Shown here piece after piece: positions 57,433 through 64,000 of a stretch of 64,000 nucleotides of DNA (the first letter of the stretch is position 1; every line of letters begins with the position of its first letter). Source of the DNA: Candidatus Saccharimonadales bacterium (GTDB lineage Bacteria; Chloroflexota; Dormibacteria; Aeolococcales; Aeolococcaceae). Under the pieces are notes generated by a model, which saw only the letters and a list, made by a program, of their open reading frames with translations, did not search any database and was not told the DNA's origin. The stretch spans positions 35,961 through 99,960 of the forward strand of contig DATLRB010000073.1 of the NCBI GenBank assembly GCA_035534875.1, written 5' to 3'. A program made the translations under genes and the position numbers.

Positions 57433-58941
57433 GTGATTGTTGCGGCCGCGTTCGCGGCTGCAGCGATCGTCTACGCGCGCAGAACCGTGGCACAGGGCCG
57501 CGTGACGCACGACGCCGATGCCGAACGCCGTCTCGAGCAGGTTCGCGCAACCGAACAGGAAGCCAAGTCGGTGCTCCTCGCCGCGAAGGAGGAGGCGGCA
57601 CGACGCCGGGACGAAGCTGAGGCGGAGGTTCGCGAGCGCCGGGCAGAGATCGCGCGGCTCGAGCAGCGAACAAATCAGCGCGAGGAGGGGCTGGAGCGCC
57701 GGATCCGCGAACTGGACTCCAACGAGCAACGCCTGACGCGGCGCGAGGCCGAGCTCGAGACATTGCGCCAGACCGTCGAGGACGAGCGGGCACTCATCAC
57801 CAGGGAGCTCGAGCGGGTCGCCGCGCTCTCCGAGCAGGAAGCCCGCGTTGAGGTCGTGCGCAGCGTCGAGGGCGAACTGGTTCCCGAGATTGCCGAGCGG
57901 ATCCGCCAGGCTGAGGCCCAGGTCCGCGAGGAAGCGGGGGAACGCAGCCGCGAGATCCTGATCGCAGCGATGCAACGTCAGGCGTCCGAACAGAGCGGAG
58001 AGGCATCGGTCACCGTCGTCCATCTCCCTTCGGACGAGCTCAAGGGCAGGATCATCGGGCGGGAGGGCCGCAACATCCGCGCCCTCGAGGCGGCGACGGG
58101 CGTGGACGTCATCGTCGACGACACTCCCGAGGCGATCGTGCTCAGCTCGTTCGACCCCGTGCGCCGCGAGATTGCGCGGGCGACGCTCGAACGTCTCTTC
58201 AGCGACGGGCGGATCCACCCGGCTCGGATCGAGGAGATGGTCGTCAAGGCCCGCAACGAGCTGGCCCAGCAGATCAAGCACGAGGGCGAGCAGGCCTGTC
58301 AGGACATCGGCCTCACCAACGTTCATCCCGAGCTCGCCCGGTTGCTGGGCACGTTGCGGTACCGGAACTCATACGGCCACAACGTGCTCTCGCACAGCCA
58401 GGACACCGCGGCAATCGCGGGCATGATCGCGGCGGAGATCGGATTCGACGAGCAGGTCGCCAAGGAGGCAGCCCTCTTCCACGACATCGGGAAGGCGGTC
58501 GAACACGACGTGGACGGCCCTCACGCGATCATCGGCGGCGAGATCCTGGCGCGCCTCGGCCGTCCCGCGGCAGTGGTCCAGGCGGTGCGGTCGCATCACT
58601 ACGACGAGGAGCCGCGATCGCCGGCGGCGGCCATTCTCATGACGGCTGACGCCATCAGCGCCGCCCGGCCGGGTGCGCGCAGGGAGTCGCTGGCGTCGAC
58701 GATCAAGCGGCTGGAACGTATCGAGGCGATCGCCAACGAGTTCCGCGGCGTCGAGCGGAGCTTTGCGGTGCTCGCCGGCAAGGAGCTTCGGGTTCTCGTC
58801 AAACCGGACGAGATCAGCGATGACGAGGCGCAGATCATGGCTCGTCAGATCGCCAAGCGCCTGCATGGCGAGGGGAGCTACAGCGGCCGCGTCAAAGTGG
58901 TCGTCCTGCGCGAAACGCGCAGCGTCGAGTACGCGAAGTAA
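57433..58941 (+). CDS. rny: Ribonuclease Y
   Basis: N-terminal TM helix, coiled-coil region, KH domain (LKGRIIGREGRNIRALE) and HD domain (HSQDTAAIAGMIA...FHDIGK). Confidence 0.9.
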   Translation: MIVAAAFAAAAIVYARRTVAQGRVTHDADAERRLEQVRATEQEAKSVLLAAKEEAARRRDEAEAEVRERRAEIARLEQRTNQREEGLERRIRELDSNEQRLTRREAELETLRQTVEDERALITRELERVAALSEQEARVEVVRSVEGELVPEIAERIRQAEAQVREEAGERSREILIAAMQRQASEQSGEASVTVVHLPSDELKGRIIGREGRNIRALEAATGVDVIVDDTPEAIVLSSFDPVRREIARATLERLFSDGRIHPARIEEMVVKARNELAQQIKHEGEQACQDIGLTNVHPELARLLGTLRYRNSYGHNVLSHSQDTAAIAGMIAAEIGFDEQVAKEAALFHDIGKAVEHDVDGPHAIIGGEILARLGRPAAVVQAVRSHHYDEEPRSPAAAILMTADAISAARPGARRESLASTIKRLERIEAIANEFRGVERSFAVLAGKELRVLVKPDEISDDEAQIMARQIAKRLHGEGSYSGRVKVVVLRETRSVEYAK

Positions 58942-59053
58942 CGATTGCATCGCGCTCGCCCGTGCTCCGCGATACGGGGGGCGACAATCGCGGCCGATAA
59001 TGTCGACGTCCTACTCACCGCCCTCACCTGACGCCCCCGGGGTGACCTCCCCT

Positions 59054-59314
59054 TTGGAAATTCTCAAAGTCTCAGCAACGAGCAAACCGGTCGCCGTCGC
59101 CGGCGCGATCGCCGGTGTGGTGCGCACCCAGAAGAAGGTCGAGGTCCAGGCGATCGGCGCCGGGGCGATCAATCAGGCGATCAAGGCAATCGCCATCTCA
59201 CGCGGCTATGTCGCTCCGGGCGGGCTTGACCTGGTCTGCATCCCCTCGTTCATCGACATTTCCATCGACGGCGAGGAGCGCACCGGAATCCGACTGGTCG
59301 TCGAAGTCCGCTAG
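59054..59314 (+). CDS. SpoVS-family protein (stage V sporulation protein S homolog)
   Basis: LEILKVSATSKPVAVAGAIAGVVR...AIGAGAINQAIKAIAISRGYVAPGGLDLVCIPSFIDISIDGEERTGIRLVVE is collinear with SpoVS. A TTG start is proposed; an in-frame ATG at 59000 would add 18 aa. Conserved rny-spoVS neighbourhood. Confidence 0.75.
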   Translation: MEILKVSATSKPVAVAGAIAGVVRTQKKVEVQAIGAGAINQAIKAIAISRGYVAPGGLDLVCIPSFIDISIDGEERTGIRLVVEVR

Positions 59315-59454
59315 CGACATCGGGCGCGCCGATGGGTGCCCGGGCACACTGTTAGGCTTCGACGATGCCGACCCCGGTACCGATCCTCAGCGACTCCGCA
59401 CGAGGTTTCAGGCCGCTCCCGCTGATCGCCAGGGCGCCGCGCCGCGAGCCTCAG

Positions 59455-60753
59455 GTGCCCGCGCTCGGCAGGGCGCCGCGGGTCCATCTCTGGCACATCG
59501 GTTGTCAGATGAACGACGCCGATCGCCGGGAGCTGGCGGCCCACATCGCCGACATCGGCTGCATCCCGGAGACCGCGCTCGACGACTCCGACATCACGGT
59601 GCTCATCACGTGCACCGTGCGCGCCAACGCGGAGCAGAAGGTCTTCGGCAAGTTCCGCGAGCTGATTCCCTGGAAGCGCTCCCGCCCCGGCCGGGCGATC
59701 GCGCTCACCGGGTGCATGGCGGTCGAGCATGGCGAGGCGCTGCTCGACCGGCTCCCCGAGCTCGATTATGTCTTCGACGTCCGCGAGCCGGACGGGTTCC
59801 TGGCCAAGCTCCAGGCGCTGCATGCCCCGAATCTCGATGGGCCGGTGATGGTGCCCGCGCCGGACCGGCTCAGCGCCTACGTTGCCGTCATGGGTGGCTG
59901 TAACGAGATGTGCACGTACTGCATCGTTCCATTCGTTCGCGGGCGCGAGCTCAGCCGCCCGCTGCCCGAGGTGGTCGCGCACGTCGAGCGGCTCGTGGCC
60001 CAGGGCGTGCGCGAGGTTACGTTGCTCGGGCAGAACGTGAACTCGTATCACGACCAGCCGCATCGCGCCCGCCTGCCGGAGTTGCTTGCCGCCGTCGACG
60101 CCGTGCCGGGGCTCTGGCGGCTTCGTTTCCTCACGTCCCACCCGCGCAACGCCGTCCCCGAGCTCTTCGCCGCGATGCGCGACCTTCCAACGGTCTGCGA
60201 GCAACTCCACCTTCCGGTGCAGGCAGGTGACGACAACCTGCTCCGCCGGATGCGCCGGCTGTACAGCGTCGAGGAGTACCGCGACAAGATCGCGGCAGCC
60301 GTCGGAACGGTCGGCCCGCGCCTTGCTCTGAGCACCGATATCATCGTCGGCTTCTGCGGTGAGAGCGAAGCGGAGTTCGCCGGCACCGAAGCGCTCATGC
60401 GCGAGGTGCGATTTGACACCGTGCACCTCGCCGCCTACTCCGTCCGCCCCGGGACCGCGGCCGCCCGTCGGGAAGACGACGTTCCGCTGCAGGAGAAGAA
60501 GGCCCGGCTCAACCATCTCCTCGCTGTCCAGCGGGAGATCGCAGCAGCTCGCAACGCGGAGTATGTCGGGTCAGCGGTGGAGATCCTGATCGACGGTATC
60601 GCGGAAGACGGCAGGCCGTACGGTCGGACCAGGGAGAACAAGGTCGCCTGGCTTCCACCCGGCGTGGCGGTTCCGGGCGAATTGCGCACTGCGCAGGTTG
60701 TGGCGTCCAGCGCATGGCAGCTGCACGCACAGCCGGCCGGCAAGGCGGCGTGA
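59455..60753 (+). CDS. miaB: tRNA-2-methylthio-N6-dimethylallyladenosine synthase
   Basis: UPF0004 domain (IGCQMN), radical-SAM CxxxCxxC (CNEMCTYCIV) and TRAM domain. Start uncertain (GTG 59455 versus ATG 59365). Confidence 0.85.
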   Translation: MPALGRAPRVHLWHIGCQMNDADRRELAAHIADIGCIPETALDDSDITVLITCTVRANAEQKVFGKFRELIPWKRSRPGRAIALTGCMAVEHGEALLDRLPELDYVFDVREPDGFLAKLQALHAPNLDGPVMVPAPDRLSAYVAVMGGCNEMCTYCIVPFVRGRELSRPLPEVVAHVERLVAQGVREVTLLGQNVNSYHDQPHRARLPELLAAVDAVPGLWRLRFLTSHPRNAVPELFAAMRDLPTVCEQLHLPVQAGDDNLLRRMRRLYSVEEYRDKIAAAVGTVGPRLALSTDIIVGFCGESEAEFAGTEALMREVRFDTVHLAAYSVRPGTAAARREDDVPLQEKKARLNHLLAVQREIAAARNAEYVGSAVEILIDGIAEDGRPYGRTRENKVAWLPPGVAVPGELRTAQVVASSAWQLHAQPAGKAA

Positions 60754-60794
60754 GAACGAGCTCGAAGGCTCGGGCTCCGCATCTCATCGCGGCG

Positions 60795-63401
60795 GTGCCC
60801 GAGGCACCTCGGACAGCGATCGACCTTGAGACGGCCGGCGACACGCCGATCCTGCGCGAATACCGCGCCGTGAAATCCGACCATCCGGACGCGATCGTCC
60901 TCGCCCGGCTGGGCGACTTCTTCGAGATGTTCGGCGGGGACGCCGAGATCGCGGCGCCGGTTCTCGGCGTGCAGTTGACTGGTCGGGGGTTTGGCGCGGC
61001 CGGACGGCTCCCGATGTGTGGCGTGCCCCACCAGGCGGTCGTGCAGCACATTCGCAAGCTGCTCGACGCGGGGCAGCGAGTGGCCATCTGGGATCAGGTC
61101 GGAGAGGTCGTCTCGGGCCGCCTGGTCAGGCGCGAGGTGACGCGCGTGCTGAGCCCTGGGATGGTCGTGGAAGCCGAGCTGCTCGCCCCCGCTGCGGTGT
61201 CGCGCTGCGTTGCGCTCCTTGCATCGCACGGCCGTGTCGGCGTCGCTGCTTTCGACCCGAACTCGCAGCACCTGGAGCTGTTCGAGGTCGACGGCGGACT
61301 GGACAGCCCCGTCGTCGCCGATGAGTTGGCGCGCCTCGACGCCAGCGAGTTGCTCGTCGAGGACACGACACCAATCCCCGCCGGGCTCGCGGCGCTTGCG
61401 ACGGTGACCCCGCTCGCCGCGGCGGTCTTCGAGCCGACGCGCGCGGAAGAGCGGGTGCGCCGCGCCACCGGGGCAGTCTCTCTGGACGGCCTCGGCGTGT
61501 CGGCGGTTCCGCTCGCCCTGCGGGCCGCAGGTGCTGTCCTCGCCTACTGCGAGCGCGCGCGCGTCGTGATCAGCCAGGATCTCCTCCGAATCGCGATCCG
61601 GCCGGCGGACGGCTCGATGCGCCTGGATGCGCATACCCGCACCAATCTCGAGCTGTTCGCCCGCCTTGGCGAGCGTGGCACCTCGCTGCTTCAACTCCTC
61701 GACGCCACACGCACACCCATGGGCACGCGCCTGCTTCGCGCTCGTCTCCAGGAGCCGCTCACCGATGTGAGCGGGATCACAGCGCGCCTCGACTCGATCG
61801 AGGTCCTGCTCGCGGATCGCGACGGGCGGCGGCATCTTCGCGACGCGCTCGGTGGCATGCGTGACCTCGAGCGCCTGGTGGCGCGCTGTGTGCAACGCCT
61901 GGCAACACCCCGGGATCTCGGCGCCGTTCGCGACGCCTGCGCCGCCCTCGAGACCACCCGCCGGGCGGCCCACGCGATCGTGCCGTCTGCCGAGATCGCG
62001 CAAGCCGCCGAGCGCTGCCTCGCACCGGAAGGAATGGGGGAGAGCCTTCGTGCACTCCTCTGCGACGACCTGCCGGTACACGCGAGCGACGGTGGCGCCA
62101 TCCGCCCCGGCGCAGACGCCGACCTCGACCAGCTTCGCTCCGCGGGGAGCGCGGCACGCACGTATCTCGCGGCGCTGGAGGTGGGAGAGCGCGAGCGCAC
62201 CGGGATCCGGTCACTGCGGGTCGGCTACAACCGCGTCTTCGGGTACTTCATCGAGGTCCCCAACGCGCAGCGCGATCGGGTGCCGGACGATTACTCGCGC
62301 AAGCAGACGCTCGCCGGCGCAGAGCGCTTCGTGACCCCCGACCTGAAGGAGCACGAGACGATCGTGCTCCACGCCCGCGAACGCGCGATCGCGCGCGAGC
62401 AGGAATTGCTCGCCGGCGCGGCCGCGCGGGTTGCGATCGCGGCGCGCGCTCTGACCGACGCCGCAGCCGCGGTGGCCACGCTCGATGTGGCCCAGGCGCT
62501 CGCCACAATCGCCGAGGAGGAGCGCTGGGTGCGCCCCGCGATCGACGAATCCGCGAGCCTTCGGATCATCGGCGGGCGGCATCCGTTGGTGGAGCGAACC
62601 CTTGGGCCGGGGAGATTCGTTCCCAACGACGTGACCCTCGACGACAACGCGCGCATCGTCGTCCTGACCGGCCCCAACATGGCGGGCAAGTCCACCTATC
62701 TCCGCCAGACGGCGAGCATCGTGCTGCTCGCCCAGATCGGGTCGTACGTCCCTGCCGACGAGGCGACGATCGGTGTCTGCGACCGCATCTTCACGCGCAT
62801 CGGCGCGCACGACGACCTGAGCGGCGGCCTCTCGACGTTCATGGTGGAGATGGCAGAAACTGCCGCGATTCTCCGGCAGGCGACCGGCCGCAGCCTGGTG
62901 ATCCTCGACGAGATCGGTCGCGGTACCTCGACCTACGACGGCGTGAGCATCGCTCAGGCCGTCGTGGAGTACCTCCACGACGCGCCGCAACTGAATTGCC
63001 GCACGCTCTTCGCCACCCATTTTCACGAGCTCACCGTTCTCGCCGCGAGCCTCCCGAGAGTGCGCAACGCGCGCGTCGAAGTGGTCGAGGACGGCACCGA
63101 CATCACCTTCCTGCATCGCATCGTCCCGGGTGGCGCCGACCGGTCGTATGGCGTCCACGTCGCCAAGCTCGCCGGCATCCCAGGCGGTGTCCTGGTTCGT
63201 GCCCGCCAGCTCCTCGCCGCACTCGAACGTGCCCGCCCGCTCGGCGGAGGCGGTGGCGATTCCGACCAGCTGACCCTCTCGATCAGCGACCCGGGACCGC
63301 ACCCCGTGATGAGCGAGCTCGCCTCCCTCGACGTCGACGGGATGACCCCGATCGCCGCCCTCAACAAGCTCTCCGAGCTGCGCGAGCGGGCCTCGACGTG
63401 A
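60795..63401 (+). CDS. mutS: DNA mismatch repair protein MutS
   Basis: TPILREYRAVKSDHPDAIVLARLGDFFEMFGGDA (mismatch-binding domain), Walker A GPNMAGKST, and STFMVEM / DEIGRGTSTYDG motifs. Start uncertain (GTG 60795 versus ATG 60714 inside miaB). Confidence 0.9.
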   Translation: MPEAPRTAIDLETAGDTPILREYRAVKSDHPDAIVLARLGDFFEMFGGDAEIAAPVLGVQLTGRGFGAAGRLPMCGVPHQAVVQHIRKLLDAGQRVAIWDQVGEVVSGRLVRREVTRVLSPGMVVEAELLAPAAVSRCVALLASHGRVGVAAFDPNSQHLELFEVDGGLDSPVVADELARLDASELLVEDTTPIPAGLAALATVTPLAAAVFEPTRAEERVRRATGAVSLDGLGVSAVPLALRAAGAVLAYCERARVVISQDLLRIAIRPADGSMRLDAHTRTNLELFARLGERGTSLLQLLDATRTPMGTRLLRARLQEPLTDVSGITARLDSIEVLLADRDGRRHLRDALGGMRDLERLVARCVQRLATPRDLGAVRDACAALETTRRAAHAIVPSAEIAQAAERCLAPEGMGESLRALLCDDLPVHASDGGAIRPGADADLDQLRSAGSAARTYLAALEVGERERTGIRSLRVGYNRVFGYFIEVPNAQRDRVPDDYSRKQTLAGAERFVTPDLKEHETIVLHARERAIAREQELLAGAAARVAIAARALTDAAAAVATLDVAQALATIAEEERWVRPAIDESASLRIIGGRHPLVERTLGPGRFVPNDVTLDDNARIVVLTGPNMAGKSTYLRQTASIVLLAQIGSYVPADEATIGVCDRIFTRIGAHDDLSGGLSTFMVEMAETAAILRQATGRSLVILDEIGRGTSTYDGVSIAQAVVEYLHDAPQLNCRTLFATHFHELTVLAASLPRVRNARVEVVEDGTDITFLHRIVPGGADRSYGVHVAKLAGIPGGVLVRARQLLAALERARPLGGGGGDSDQLTLSISDPGPHPVMSELASLDVDGMTPIAALNKLSELRERAST

Positions 63402-64000
63402 TCACGGCCGCCCCGATCCTCAGGCTGCCGCAGGTCGTGGCCGATGCGATTGCGGCGGGCGAGGTCATCGAACGACCGGCGTCGGTGCTCAAGGAGCTCG
63501 TCGAGAATGCGCTCGACGCCGGTGCGACCCGCATCGACATCGCGATCGAAGGTGGCGGCCTTGTTCGCATCGTCGTCGCGGACGACGGCACGGGCATGGC
63601 GGCGGACGACCTCGAGCTCGCCGTCGAACGTCACGCCACGTCGAAGATCGCCGCCGCCGAGGACATCACACGGGTGCGCACGCTCGGCTTTCGCGGCGAG
63701 GCGCTGGCGAGCATCGCCGCGGTTTCGGAGCTGCGCCTCACCACCCGGACACGCGGCTCGACGGGCGGCGCCTCCCTGCACCTCCGGAACGGCGAGGTGC
63801 TCTCCCGCACCGTGGCGGCGAGCGGTCCGGGGACGCGCGCCGAAGTCTGCGAGTTGTTCGCCGCGTCACCAGTACGGCTTCGATTCCTCCGCTCGATCGC
63901 GACCGAGGGCAGCGCCGCGGTTCGCGTCGCCGCCGACCTGGCGATCACGCACCCACGGGTCGCGTTCACCTGCACCAACGACGGGCGCGTGGTGCTGCGG
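63398..64000 (+). CDS. mutL: DNA mismatch repair protein MutL, N-terminal GHKL ATPase part (continues beyond the window end)
   Basis: GTG overlapping the mutS stop. VKELVENALDAGATRIDI (ATP-lid motif I), VADDGTGM, and GFRGEALASI (motif III). No stop before the window end. Confidence 0.85.
   Translation, partial: MITAAPILRLPQVVADAIAAGEVIERPASVLKELVENALDAGATRIDIAIEGGGLVRIVVADDGTGMAADDLELAVERHATSKIAAAEDITRVRTLGFRGEALASIAAVSELRLTTRTRGSTGGASLHLRNGEVLSRTVAASGPGTRAEVCELFAASPVRLRFLRSIATEGSAAVRVAADLAITHPRVAFTCTNDGRVVLR

Noticed and set aside
57184-58326. N-terminal 380 codons of the 809-codon minus ORF ending in the MFS transporter
   Set aside because: It is antisense to rny and its leader. The MFS 12-TM core begins at the GTG at 57183, and the upstream part has no hydrophobic segments or domains.
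1-64000. CRISPR arrays, rRNA genes and IS/transposase genes
   Set aside because: No spaced identical 24-40-bp repeats, no rRNA-like conserved stretches, and no transposase or integrase-like ORFs were found by reading the sequence. The only repeats are the three cassette-boundary copies.

Overview
This is a 64-kb window of roughly 70% GC bacterial chromosome. It is probably actinobacterial, because it carries a DUF222-HNH gene of the '13E12-repeat' type, although it also shows Firmicute-like synteny (cinA-recA-recX ... rny-spoVS-miaB-mutS-mutL). The window falls into three parts.

(1) 1-6.1 kb, an accessory islet. A tRNA-Val(GAC) is followed by a DUF222/HNH-endonuclease gene whose 3' end, inside the HNH catalytic motif, is interrupted by about 4.4 kb of co-oriented foreign genes. 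That insert is organised as three tandem cassettes: two SMP-30/gluconolactonase-like paralogs, then a cupin, then a PadR regulator with a DUF1700-type (HAAS-like) membrane protein. Each cassette is preceded by a ~30-45 bp direct repeat that re-creates the HNH reading frame 'NLVH-x-stop'. The HNH 3' tail resumes in-frame after the last cassette. No integrase or transposase lies in the window. Candidate SOS-box-like and palindromic operators sit upstream of the HNH gene. This is the most unusual structure in the window.

(2) 6.1-17.7 kb, a sugar/sugar-acid oxidation neighbourhood. It contains two Gfo/Idh/MocA oxidoreductases, an IlvD/EDD-family sugar-acid dehydratase, a third SMP-30 lactonase, a Zn-ADH, an SDR, an amidohydrolase, an MFS transporter, a DUF336 protein and a GT87-like membrane protein.

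(3) 17.9-64 kb, densely packed conserved housekeeping operons, almost all on the + strand with ATGA/GTGA start-stop overlaps. These are: a beta-carbonic anhydrase; thrS-tlyA; infC-rpmI-rplT-pheS-pheT-mpg; yebC-ruvC-ruvA-ruvB-queA-tgt-secDF (SecD and SecF fused); rimP-nusA-ylxR-infB-rbfA-nrnA-truB-ribF-lipid kinase; rpsO-pnp-asd-UDG-rnj; ftsK-yajQ-cinA(C-domain)-recA-recX; an AKR; an MFS transporter; rny-spoVS-like-miaB-mutS-mutL (partial).

Notable details in this part are a non-AUG infC start preceded by an attenuator-like terminator, an infB gene whose conserved IF2_N domain begins upstream of any canonical start codon, and candidate LexA-type boxes at recA. No CRISPR array, rRNA or transposase is present.

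Coordinates of hand-mapped sites may be off by 1-2 nt. The many long antisense ORFs in the track are high-GC artefacts.
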